DNA of 37,674 nucleotides from Acidobacteriota bacterium. Lineage in GTDB: Bacteria; Acidobacteriota; CAIWXX01. The notes under the pieces are model-generated. The model saw nothing but the letters and a program-made list of their open reading frames with translations, was not told the DNA's origin and ran no database searches. The stretch is taken from the NCBI GenBank assembly GCA_040755995.1, contig JBFMAF010000014.1:1-37674 (forward strand), read 5' to 3'. Made by a program: the position numbers and the translations under genes. Positions within the stretch are counted from its first letter, which is position 1, and the number at the start of each line of letters is the position of its first letter. Of the stretch, positions 1-8,871 are shown one piece after another.

Positions 1-784
1 GCGCAATTGCCTGGCCCGCCTCCGAATAGCCTACCGAGAGATCCGCAGCGAGCTGATTAAGGACCCGGTTCTTGCCGCGATAGTCCAGCAGCGCGCGTCT
101 TCCGCAACGGAATTCGACGCGCATCGAATCCGACCGCCGTTCGAGCTTCAGGATCTTGATCAGCCCCAATTCGCCTGTCCGTGCCACATGCGTTCCTCCG
201 CACGGCGACCAGTCGAACTCACTCACCTCCACGACACGGATGTTCGTCTCGACCTTTGGAGGCTTTCGCAAAGGCAGCTTGTCCAGCTCGCTCCCCGCGA
301 CGAATCGGGCAACGACCGCGCGGTCCTCGAAGACGACCTGGTTCGCGAGATCTTCGGCTGCATCGGCCACGTCCGGGGCGATGTCGCGGTTGTTCAGATC
401 GATAGTGAGCATCTCGCCAGTCAGATGAAATCCGACTGTCCTGCAGCCGGCTGCGCGCAGAAACGCCTGGGAAACGACGTGCTGTCCCGTGTGTTGCTGC
501 ATCATGTCGAAGCGTCGCTTCCAGTCGATCTCTCCGGCAACCTCATCCGGCTCCACTGGAGCCGAGAGAACATGCAGCACGGCCGAGTCCTCCTCGCGCT
601 CGACCACGTCGATCACGGCTGCGGAGCCAAGAGTCCCCAGGTCGTTTGGCTGGCCGCCTCCCGTCGGGTAGAACGCCGTCCGATCGAGCACCACCGCCGG
701 CCGGCCGTCACACACGAGGCGATCGATAACGTGCGCGGTGAATCCGCGGCAATAGGGGTCCTCGAAATACAACCGTCGCGTCAT
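1..784 (-). CDS. Alanyl-tRNA editing protein (AlaX/AlaRS editing-domain family), 3' end beyond the window edge
   Basis: Not in the ORF track. My translation from the ATG at 784 gives MTRRLYFEDPYCRGFTAHV...VVLDRTAFYPTGGGQPNDLG...DMMQQHTGQHVVSQAF...WSPCGGTHVARTGELGLIKI. This contains the HxxxH and CxxxH zinc motifs of AlaX. A GGAGG RBS lies upstream. Confidence 0.9.
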   Translation of the reverse strand, partial: MTRRLYFEDPYCRGFTAHVIDRLVCDGRPAVVLDRTAFYPTGGGQPNDLGTLGSAAVIDVVEREEDSAVLHVLSAPVEPDEVAGEIDWKRRFDMMQQHTGQHVVSQAFLRAAGCRTVGFHLTGEMLTIDLNNRDIAPDVADAAEDLANQVVFEDRAVVARFVAGSELDKLPLRKPPKVETNIRVVEVSEFDWSPCGGTHVARTGELGLIKILKLERRSDSMRVEFRCGRRALLDYRGKNRVLNQLAADLSVGYSEAGQAIA

Positions 785-971
785 GCAAGACCTCCAGGCC
801 ACGTGCACGGTCCTGTCAGCAACCGGGGCCCGTGGCGCAATCGTGAGGGCGGATCGCGATCCGCCCCTACACATGTGCCACCGGATTGTGCGCGGGCGCA
901 CGCCAGCGCTCCACGCGGGTTCCAACGGGGTATCATGGCAACAGGTGCCCTATTCCCTACGATCATCCCGC

Positions 972-2585
972 CTACCGTATTCCAGGGATCCTGCGCCACA
1001 AGCGCAGCGCCATGCTGACGAGCCGGCTGAACTTTTCGTCGCTTACTCCCGGAGGAGGTGCGATCGGGTGCAATCTCTGGAGGGCAACCGTCTGCGGCTC
1101 TGTGTACTTGAGGATGCCCGCAGCGCCGTGCCTCCGGCCCAGCCCGGAGTCCTTCATGCCGCCCATGGGCGCGTCCACCGACGCCCACGCAGCCGCGTAG
1201 GCTTCGTTCACATTGACGGTGCCTGCCCGAAGGTGCGTCGCCAGGCGCTTGGCTTTCGCCGCGTCCCTCGTCCAGATGCCCGCATTGAGCCCATAGGTCG
1301 TGTCGTTGGCCATCCGCACAGCTTCGTCGATCGTATCGAACCTGTAGACGGAGACCACTGGCCCAAACGTCTCCTCGCTGGACACGTCCATCTCAGGGGT
1401 AACTCCTTCAAGAATTGTGGGCTCATGGAAGAAAGGCCCGAGGTCCGGCCGCGCTCTGCCGCCCGCGAGAATCCACGCCCCCTTCCCTAGCGCGTCCTGC
1501 ACGTGCCGCACGACCTTGTCGAGCTGATCCTGGGACACCAGCGACCCGACGTCAATGTCGTAATCGAAGGAGGCCCGCTGCCTCATGGCTTTCGTTCGCG
1601 CCACCAGGCGTTCGACGAAGCGACCGTAGGCCGCCGCCTGGACATACAGGCGCTCAATCGCAATACAGAGCTGCCCCGCGTTCGCGAAGCAGCCTCGGAC
1701 GGCGCCCTCGGCGGCAGCATCGACGTCGGCGTCGTCGAGCACGATCATCGGATTCTTGCCGCCGAGCTCCAGCGAACACCCTATCAGTCGCTCGCCCGCC
1801 ATGCGCGCGATCGCGCAGCCGGTCTCCGTGCCGCCCGTGAAGGAGATAAAATCCGCGTGCCGGATGAGCGGCTCGCCGAGGACCTTGCCCCGGCCCGTCA
1901 CGACCTGGAACAGATCCGCGGGCAACCCCGCCGTGTAAAGCAGATCGACTCCCCACAGAGCCGTGAACGGCGTCTGCATGTCCGGCTTGAGCACGACCCC
2001 GTTTCCCGCCATCAAAGCGGCGATGGCGTCGGTCATCGAAAGAGTCAGCGGGTAGTTCCACGGCGCGATGAATCCGACTACCCCCAGAGGGTGGCGATAC
2101 TCCCATGTCTTCGTGAGACCGGGGAGGGCTCCCATCCGCTTCCGCGGTCGCAGATGGTCTTCGGCGTGCAGGGCATAGTAGCGGCTGACGATCGCCGTAT
2201 CGACGACCTCCTCGAACGCGTGCTTTCTGGCCTTGCCCGTTTCGAGGATCATGAGGTCGAGGATTTCGTCTTGTCGATCAAGCAGCAGGTCGTGGTAGGC
2301 GAGGAAGATGCGAGCCCGCTGGTCGAAGCTCCACCTCGCCCACTCCACCTGCGCTCCTCGAGCCCGCCGCACCGCCTCGATGATGTCAGCCTCACGGCCC
2401 AGCGGGACCGAACGAATGGGCTCGTTGTTGAACGGGGCGTGAACCATGCCGAGCTCGTGCGGCGAGCCGACGGTGATCCTGGCGCAAATGCGGACCAGGA
2501 GGTTCGGCGAAATGCGCCCAGTATATCCCGCCGAAGCGGCATGCGATGAAGCTGCTGACGGTTGTCTTGTCGATTGCATTTCCAT
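972..2585 (-). CDS. Aldehyde dehydrogenase, succinate-semialdehyde dehydrogenase-like
   Basis: ALDH motifs IAPWNYP, FTGGTETG, LELGGKNP, NAGQLC (catalytic Cys), EETFGP and PMGGMKDSG. Start uncertain (the ORF is open to 2675). Confidence 0.88.
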   Translation of the reverse strand: MEMQSTRQPSAASSHAASAGYTGRISPNLLVRICARITVGSPHELGMVHAPFNNEPIRSVPLGREADIIEAVRRARGAQVEWARWSFDQRARIFLAYHDLLLDRQDEILDLMILETGKARKHAFEEVVDTAIVSRYYALHAEDHLRPRKRMGALPGLTKTWEYRHPLGVVGFIAPWNYPLTLSMTDAIAALMAGNGVVLKPDMQTPFTALWGVDLLYTAGLPADLFQVVTGRGKVLGEPLIRHADFISFTGGTETGCAIARMAGERLIGCSLELGGKNPMIVLDDADVDAAAEGAVRGCFANAGQLCIAIERLYVQAAAYGRFVERLVARTKAMRQRASFDYDIDVGSLVSQDQLDKVVRHVQDALGKGAWILAGGRARPDLGPFFHEPTILEGVTPEMDVSSEETFGPVVSVYRFDTIDEAVRMANDTTYGLNAGIWTRDAAKAKRLATHLRAGTVNVNEAYAAAWASVDAPMGGMKDSGLGRRHGAAGILKYTEPQTVALQRLHPIAPPPGVSDEKFSRLVSMALRLWRRIPGIR

Positions 2586-2756
2586 CGACCGCCCCCTTCC
2601 GGCCCGGTGGCAGGGCCGCCGGCCTTGTGCTGCCGGTCCTGCCGCCTCCCACACATAAGATATCATCCTCGACACCGCGTGTCTCCGGTCCCTGATTCGG
2701 CGACTGCACCGGACTCAGTTGATTTCGTGACGGCCCGTGTGCGTAGAGCCCGGCGA

Positions 2757-3965
2757 TCAATCGGTCCGCAAGGCGGTGATGGGGTTGAGCTTGGAGGCCT
2801 GGCGGGCGGGATAGAAACCGAAGAACAGGCCGACGGCGCAGGAGACACCAACGCCCAACGCAACAGCAAGAAGGGATACGAAGAACTCCCACTGGTTGAA
2901 GACGCAGATGGAATAGGCGGCTCCGAGCCCTACGCCCATCCCCGCGGTGCCGCCCACGATCGAGAGCATAACGGACTCCATCAGGAATTGAGCCTGGATG
3001 TCGGACTGCTGGGCTCCCAGAGCCCGCCGGATCCCGATCTCTCTCTTGCGCTCCGAAACAGACACGAGCATGACGTTCATGACCCCGACGCCGCCGACGA
3101 CCAGGGCTATGCTGCCAATCGCGCCCAGCAGCAGCGTGAACAGGCGCATCTGTTTCTCCATTTTCTCCATGACGTCTTCGGCGCTCTGCACACGGACCAT
3201 GAGCGTCCTGTTCTTCTTCTCGAAGTACTGGACCAGCTGTTCAGACGCCGCCTGGTTGGTCGACTCCGGTGCGACTCTGGCGGTGATGGTCTTGATTTCC
3301 GGACGCAGCGGAAAACGAAGTGATGTGGTCAGAGGCACCAGTATGCCCTCGTTGATTTCGCGCGGGCGCATCTTGCTCCTCGGCACCTCAGACAAGACGC
3401 CGATGACTGTAAACACTCGCTCCTTGAACTGCACCTCTTTGCCCACGATCGAGCTGATACCGGCCGATCCGATTTCCTCTGCCTTTTCGTGGCTTATCAC
3501 GCAGAAGGGCATGTAAGCGTCCAGGTCCGAGATGGAGCGCCCGTCTTCGACCGGCACCTTGAATATGCGAAAGAACGATTCAGTTACTCCAAGGCCGTGA
3601 CTCGTGAATCGTTTCCCCTCGCACGTCATGGTGCCGTAGATGGCCGAGGTGGGTGCCACGTCCTGGATCGAGGGGCACTGAGAAGGCAGCGCCAGAACGT
3701 CATCGAGCCGAAAGCGGGCCTCCTCGACTTCTCTGCGCCTTTGGTCCCGACCAGGCTCAGGCTGTATATCCTTGGTAACGGTCAGAATGTCGGTCCCCAG
3801 TTCCTTGAACTGGCTCAGCGATTCATTCCGCACGATCGTGCCCACCGAGACCATGGCGATGAAAGACCCGATTCCGATGATGATCCCCAACAGCGCCAGA
3901 AACGTGCGCTGTCTGCTGTGCAGGAGACTATTGGCGGCCTCCTTGACATTCTCCCTGATCATCAT
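2757..3965 (-). CDS. ABC transporter permease, MacB/FtsX family
   Basis: N-terminal TM (RTFLALLGIIIGIGS), large periplasmic domain, GGVGVMNVMLVSVSERKREIGIRRALGA, and C-terminal YPARQASKLNPITALR. Confidence 0.93.
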   Translation of the reverse strand: MMIRENVKEAANSLLHSRQRTFLALLGIIIGIGSFIAMVSVGTIVRNESLSQFKELGTDILTVTKDIQPEPGRDQRRREVEEARFRLDDVLALPSQCPSIQDVAPTSAIYGTMTCEGKRFTSHGLGVTESFFRIFKVPVEDGRSISDLDAYMPFCVISHEKAEEIGSAGISSIVGKEVQFKERVFTVIGVLSEVPRSKMRPREINEGILVPLTTSLRFPLRPEIKTITARVAPESTNQAASEQLVQYFEKKNRTLMVRVQSAEDVMEKMEKQMRLFTLLLGAIGSIALVVGGVGVMNVMLVSVSERKREIGIRRALGAQQSDIQAQFLMESVMLSIVGGTAGMGVGLGAAYSICVFNQWEFFVSLLAVALGVGVSCAVGLFFGFYPARQASKLNPITALRTD

Positions 3966-3974
3966 CGCGACCCC

Positions 3975-4673
3975 CTATCGTCCGCTGATCGCGCCGTTCT
4001 TCATGCGCACCTGGCGTGCGCACCGGCGGGCGATGCCGGGATCGTGCGTGATGACGATCGTCGTGATTGCCTCCGCTCGATTCAGTTCCAGAAACAGGTT
4101 CATGATGTCCTGGCCGACGGCGGTGTCGAGTGAGCCTGTAGGCTCATCCGCCAGGAGAATGGACGGTCTGCCCACGATGGCACGGGCTATGGCAATTCGT
4201 TGCTGCTGGCCGCCGGATAGTTCAGCCGGGCGGTGCTTCTCGCGGTCGCTCATGTGAACGCGCGCCAGCATCTCACGAGCCAGCGCGACGCGTTGGTCTT
4301 CAGGGACCCCGCGATAAACGAGCGGCAGTTGGACATTCTCGACGGCGGTGAGACGGGGCAAGAGGTGGAATTGTTGGAAGACGAAACCGATCCGGCGATT
4401 CCGGATCTGCGAGAGGACCTGGTCGGAGAGATGTGATGTCTCTTGTCCTTCCAAGAGGTATCTCCCGCTGGTGGGGGCATCCAGAACGCCCAATATGTTC
4501 ATGAGCGTGCTCTTGCCACAGCCGGACGCCCCGACGATCGAGACCATCTCACCCTTCTGGATCGTCAGATTAACGTCTTTGAGGATTTCGACCGAGACCG
4601 GCCCCAAATCGTAAGACTTGCGAATGCTGATAAGTCTGATAAGTGACTCATCACTGGTTGACGACAACCTCAT
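3975..4673 (-). CDS. ABC transporter ATP-binding protein (MacB/LolD type)
   Basis: Walker A GASGCGKS, signature LSGGQQQR, Walker B ILLADEPTG, H-loop ITHD. Overlaps the 3' end of the upstream adaptor gene. Confidence 0.95.
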   Translation of the reverse strand: MRLSSTSDESLIRLISIRKSYDLGPVSVEILKDVNLTIQKGEMVSIVGASGCGKSTLMNILGVLDAPTSGRYLLEGQETSHLSDQVLSQIRNRRIGFVFQQFHLLPRLTAVENVQLPLVYRGVPEDQRVALAREMLARVHMSDREKHRPAELSGGQQQRIAIARAIVGRPSILLADEPTGSLDTAVGQDIMNLFLELNRAEAITTIVITHDPGIARRCARQVRMKNGAISGR

Positions 4674-6432
4674 CCCCTTCTTTGAGTCCGCTTCGGATTT
4701 CGACGGCAGTCGGCGTCATCATGCCGGTTTCTACCACGACGTCTCTCATCTGCCCGGTCGCCTTCTCCATCACCGTCACCGTATGCTTGCCTTCCCGGCT
4801 TTTCACAGCGGCGACGGGCACCAGCAGCGCTTTCGAGTTCTGATACAAGAGGACTTCGAGATTAGCGCTCATGCCGACGCGGACCTTCTGCCTCTGCTCG
4901 TCTGTCATGCGGTCGATCGCCACCTTTACGTCAAAGAACGCCGGAGCGTCGCTCATGGAAAGGCTCCGTCCGAACTCCACACCGACAGGCAAAGTGATCT
5001 GATCGATCCGGCCCTCCAGGGAAACGCCCCGGAAGCCGTCGCCTTTGCATCTGACCATCTGCCCGATCCGCAGTTTCTGCACATCCACTTCATCGACTCT
5101 CATCCGGATTGAACGGCCTTCCAGGCTTCCGATTGCGAGCAGAACCGTGCCCTCCTCCACGGGAGCGCCCAACTCCAGGACAACGTCCTTCTCGGTTCCG
5201 TCATTCTGCCGTGGAGCCTGCAGTACTACCCCGCCAACGGGTGCGCGGATCTCCTTCATCTGGATCCTCTTCTCGACCTCCTCCATCCGGACGCGGGCAT
5301 TCTCGAATTCCATTCGGGCGATTTCGAGGTCATCCGCGTCGGCCACTTCGCGGACCGATTCGAGCTCGTCCTCCGCAGCCTTCAATGCCAGATCGGAGTT
5401 GAGGGCCTCCGACTTGACCGCATCGTAGTCCTCCGCCGAGACAATCCCCTGAGCCAGGAGTATCTCTCTTTCCTGGAGTCTCTCGTGCGCGCGATCACGA
5501 TCCGCAGTCGCCTTCACCACCGCACGTCTTGCAGCCGCCATTTCCGGGCCGTTCTCCCAATCCTTCAGATCTCTGTATCTCTGAAGAGCATCGAGAAATA
5601 CCCCCTTGATCTCCCGGAAGCTCACCTCTAACTCTATCGGATCAAGCAGCAGCAGCAGGTCATCCTTCTCCACCTCCTGGCCGAAGTGCAGACGCATCTC
5701 CTTGACCTTGCCCTGGAACGGGCTGACCACGTTCACTATCGCGAGAGGCTCCACCTTTCCAGAAAGAGCGAGGACGGAGGATATCGGGCCGATGCGGGCG
5801 GGGGCGGTTCGAACTTCGCCGTCAAGGCGCGGGGTCGGTGCGCCATCCGCAGGACCCGCCACGCCGGACGTCGCACGCTTCCCGCCCCAGAAGTACAGGC
5901 CGAATCCGGTGAACATGAGTATTATGAAGATCGTGGCGAAGAGCCTGACGACCTGCATCTTCTTGGCTGCTGCCGTCAGTTCTCTGTTGGCCTCCTCAAT
6001 CTTCACATAGGCGCTCTGAAGATCCTGGGTCAGTCTCCTTTCCGCCTCATGCAACTGCTTGACCTCGGTGATATCGCTCAGGACCACTATTACTCCCAGG
6101 GGAGTGCCGATCTCGGCATCCTTCAGGTACGAGGAGGTCACCGAGAGGTACAACGATTTTTCATCGGAACGCCTGAACGGAACAACCGCACTCACCCCTA
6201 TTCCGGATTGGTCGATCGCATCCAGCACAGCCTGGTTGAATTCATCATTACCTTCGAATGCCTCGAAGAAAACCTCAGCGAACGACCTGTTGAGTACCCG
6301 ATCCCGTTCGATCCCAAGAATCCTGACAGCCGCCTCGTTGAACATCACGATTCGGCCCTTTCCATCCAGGGTCATCACTCCATCGCTCATGTTCTGGAGC
6401 ACGTTTCTGTAGTAGAGGGTGTTCTCTGTCAT
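4651..6432 (-). CDS. PAS-domain-fused periplasmic adaptor (MacA/HlyD-type membrane fusion protein)
   Basis: PAS-like N-terminus (VLQNMSDGVMTLDGKGRIVMFNEAAVRILG...VIVVLSDITE), coiled coil, one TM (LFATIFIILMFTGFGLYFW), then MFP motifs VVSPFQGKV, IRAPVGGVV, VDEVDVQKLRIGQ, RVGMSANLEV and EIRSGLKEGDEVV. Start taken as MTENTLYY (the ORF is open to 6570). Confidence 0.85.
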   Translation of the reverse strand: MTENTLYYRNVLQNMSDGVMTLDGKGRIVMFNEAAVRILGIERDRVLNRSFAEVFFEAFEGNDEFNQAVLDAIDQSGIGVSAVVPFRRSDEKSLYLSVTSSYLKDAEIGTPLGVIVVLSDITEVKQLHEAERRLTQDLQSAYVKIEEANRELTAAAKKMQVVRLFATIFIILMFTGFGLYFWGGKRATSGVAGPADGAPTPRLDGEVRTAPARIGPISSVLALSGKVEPLAIVNVVSPFQGKVKEMRLHFGQEVEKDDLLLLLDPIELEVSFREIKGVFLDALQRYRDLKDWENGPEMAAARRAVVKATADRDRAHERLQEREILLAQGIVSAEDYDAVKSEALNSDLALKAAEDELESVREVADADDLEIARMEFENARVRMEEVEKRIQMKEIRAPVGGVVLQAPRQNDGTEKDVVLELGAPVEEGTVLLAIGSLEGRSIRMRVDEVDVQKLRIGQMVRCKGDGFRGVSLEGRIDQITLPVGVEFGRSLSMSDAPAFFDVKVAIDRMTDEQRQKVRVGMSANLEVLLYQNSKALLVPVAAVKSREGKHTVTVMEKATGQMRDVVVETGMMTPTAVEIRSGLKEGDEVVVNQ

Positions 6433-6821
6433 GCTGTCCGCAGATCGTCCCGGCGGTTCACGTCCGTCCCCCCCCATGATTGCCTCGTTTTCAGGCAGTT
6501 CCACAACTACGTATCGAGGGAGCGGTGCGCTCGGCCTTCCGCGACTCACGCTTCGCGGCCGCGCGGCCACTTCCTCCGGATGTTAACACCCTCCGCGCCC
6601 TTATCCTAAGAACATCACTCCCGGAAGTATCGGCATGGAGCGGGGAAAAGTCAAACATGGCCGATTGAACCGGTGGCGCTTCGCGGATGCGGGAAGCGAC
6701 TGCGCAGCAGGGCGGAACGCAACACGAGCAGGTGATGACAGCGGGTCTCGGCCCCGCTCCCGCGTCTGTCTCGCGGGCTGTGTATGTCATTGACAAGCCC
6801 CATACCCAGTTGCTTGCCCTG

Positions 6822-6913
6822 GTGATCGTGATCGTAGTCGTCAACATGGACGTGTACGGTGCGGCTCACGGGCGTTCATTCAAGCTCACGCCCATGTCTA
6901 CCTCCACGTCGAC
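6822..6913. repeat. Degenerate hexamer-period tracts in roughly inverted orientation
   Basis: GTGATC GTGATC GTAGTC GTCAAC ATGGAC GTGTAC (6822-6857) and GCTCAC GCCCAT GTCTAC CTCCAC GTCGAC (6884-6913), in a long intergenic region. Confidence 0.5.
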
Positions 6914-7102
6914 GAGTGCAAGGGCGATGCCGCCGAATTGCGGCTCGGCGTGGTGTCTTGATCCGCGAGCACAAGGCGCGATATTCTATCCGGGCAGGCA
7001 CAGGTTGCCGCAGACTGAAAGACCGGAGGAGGTGCGCGCCAGAATGACAGAGCTGTCCCATGCGTGCCTGAGCGGCGCTCTCCCATGGAGGCGGTGCGGA
7101 GC

Positions 7103-8701
7103 ATGCTGACGCTCGATCTGTGCAGTGGCCCTTCGCATCCCGTCGATAAGAGGCCCAAGAGTCGTGCCGGGACGGGACGGAGCCAGAGTGCATCGGACGA
7201 TCACGCCCGGCGGGCCTCAGTGAGCGAAGCGGGTGGAGTCGCCGGAAGGCGGCCCACTGGTATTCCTGCGAAAGCTTCGCAACAGGGCGATGCGCCTCCT
7301 CCCGCTTCACCCGTGGTCGCCGAAGCCCGTTGCACGGACCGGGTGGACTTCTGGGCGAGGATCATTACCCCGTTGTCCCTCGTTCTCATCATCATCGGCG
7401 CCGTTCTTACTTACGCCAGCCTCCAGAGTATGATGGAAGGTCTTCGCGCAGAAAGATGGGTCAGGCTTGCTCTCGTAGCGTGCGAGACGCTTATGCTCGT
7501 AAACGTGGCGGCTCTGGGGTGGCGCATCATTCTGGTCCGCAGATACGACCCCATCGAGACATGCAACGATGAGGAGCTGCCGGAGATCACGGTAGTTGTT
7601 CCGGCCTACAACGAGGGTAAGGGGATTCTGGATACTCTCAGCAGCCTCGTCGCCAGCCACTACCCTTCAGAGAAGCTCACCGTCATCGCCGTCGATGACG
7701 GAAGTGTGGACGATACGTGGCAATGGATGCAGCAGGCGGCGAACCAGTTGGGCGGCCAGGTCGAGGTCATTCACTGCCCCACCAACCGCGGGAAACGATC
7801 TGCCCTGCATGAAGGCTTCCTGCGCAGCAGCGGTGAAGTCATTGTAACAGTGGACAGCGATTCCGTGGTGACGCCCCAGGCACTGCGGCATATGGTGAGC
7901 CCTTTCGTCAGGGATCCAGTTGTAGGCGCGGTGGCCGGGAACGTATCCGTGTGGAATCGAAACGATGGAATCATCCCCCGAATGCTGGACGTCAGCTATA
8001 CATACAGCTTCGACTTCATACGCGCCGGCCAGAGCCACTTGAACACCGTGATGTGCACGCCGGGCGCGCTCTCGGCGTACCGTCGCGCAGTGGTCATGCG
8101 GGTTCTTCCCGAATGGATCAATCAGGTCTTCCTGGGCAGGCGGGCCAACATCGGGGAGGACAGGGCGATGACCAACATGATCCTGCGTAGCGGATACAAC
8201 GCCCTCTACGAGAGCAGAGCGGTGGTCTACACAAAGACCCCGACTCGATACCGGGGCCTATGCAGAATGCTGCTCCGCTGGGCGCGGAGCAACGTGAGAG
8301 AAACCCTGATCATGTCCAGCTTCATCTTTCGGAGATTTCGCAGCGGACCGGCCCTGGGGGCTCGCGTCAACTTCGCCGTACATTCGACAAACCTGGTCCT
8401 TCAGCAGGTCTTGCGTGGCTTCACTATCTACTGCATCGTGGTAAGCCCGGCCATCTTTGGTATTCATATCGCCCTGACCACATCAATCGTTTCGACGATC
8501 CCGGCTGTCGTCTACGCGCTCCGGCACCGCAACGCCAACGGCCTGTGGGCCATGCCTTACGGACTCTTCTGGACCGCAGGGCTTTCGTGGATCTTGCCAT
8601 ATGCCATGTTGACGCTTCGCAAGACAAGCTGGCTCACCCGCCACACTGCGCCCAAGATTGGAGCTCCAAAAGGCGTCCGGCTGAAGGCAATCGACGCCTG
8701 A
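7103..8701 (+). CDS. Processive glycosyltransferase family 2, hyaluronan synthase/NodC-like
   Basis: Two N-terminal TMs, VPAYNE, VDDGS, GKRSAL, TVDSDS, CTPGALSAYR, GEDRAMTN, MLLRW (the QxxRW position) and C-terminal TMs. Start uncertain (7064, 7085 or 7103). Confidence 0.88.
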   Translation: MLTLDLCSGPSHPVDKRPKSRAGTGRSQSASDDHARRASVSEAGGVAGRRPTGIPAKASQQGDAPPPASPVVAEARCTDRVDFWARIITPLSLVLIIIGAVLTYASLQSMMEGLRAERWVRLALVACETLMLVNVAALGWRIILVRRYDPIETCNDEELPEITVVVPAYNEGKGILDTLSSLVASHYPSEKLTVIAVDDGSVDDTWQWMQQAANQLGGQVEVIHCPTNRGKRSALHEGFLRSSGEVIVTVDSDSVVTPQALRHMVSPFVRDPVVGAVAGNVSVWNRNDGIIPRMLDVSYTYSFDFIRAGQSHLNTVMCTPGALSAYRRAVVMRVLPEWINQVFLGRRANIGEDRAMTNMILRSGYNALYESRAVVYTKTPTRYRGLCRMLLRWARSNVRETLIMSSFIFRRFRSGPALGARVNFAVHSTNLVLQQVLRGFTIYCIVVSPAIFGIHIALTTSIVSTIPAVVYALRHRNANGLWAMPYGLFWTAGLSWILPYAMLTLRKTSWLTRHTAPKIGAPKGVRLKAIDA

Positions 8702-8871
8702 CCACCCGACCCGAGGTCTCCTGGGCGGCTCCGCCTCGAACCTTCGAGGCGGTTCCAGAGAGTCTTCCGCCGCACGGCATCCGTCTGCAGCTGACAACTG
8801 AGAGTTTGGAGCCCGTCGAGCTGCCGGCCGGTTCCCCGTCCGTCAGTGTCCGGATTCCCGCCTATCGATAG

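Noticed and set aside
188..1018. 276-aa plus-strand ORF, and similar long antisense ORFs (1503-2549, 19475-20740, 25359-26393, 30359-31348)
   Set aside because: These are shadow ORFs opposite genes with clear family motifs, as expected in GC-rich DNA.
6491..7109. Short ORFs with VHVHVDDYDHDH, TTTITIT or VIVIVVV runs
   Set aside because: They are translations of the hexamer DNA tract, with no RBS or family motif.
8702..8871. Open frame ending ...SVSVRIPAYR-stop and a small hairpin CCTCGAA-CC-TTCGAGG between convergent genes
   Set aside because: No recognisable motif, and the hairpin has a 2-nt loop and no U-tract, so I cannot call a remnant or a terminator.
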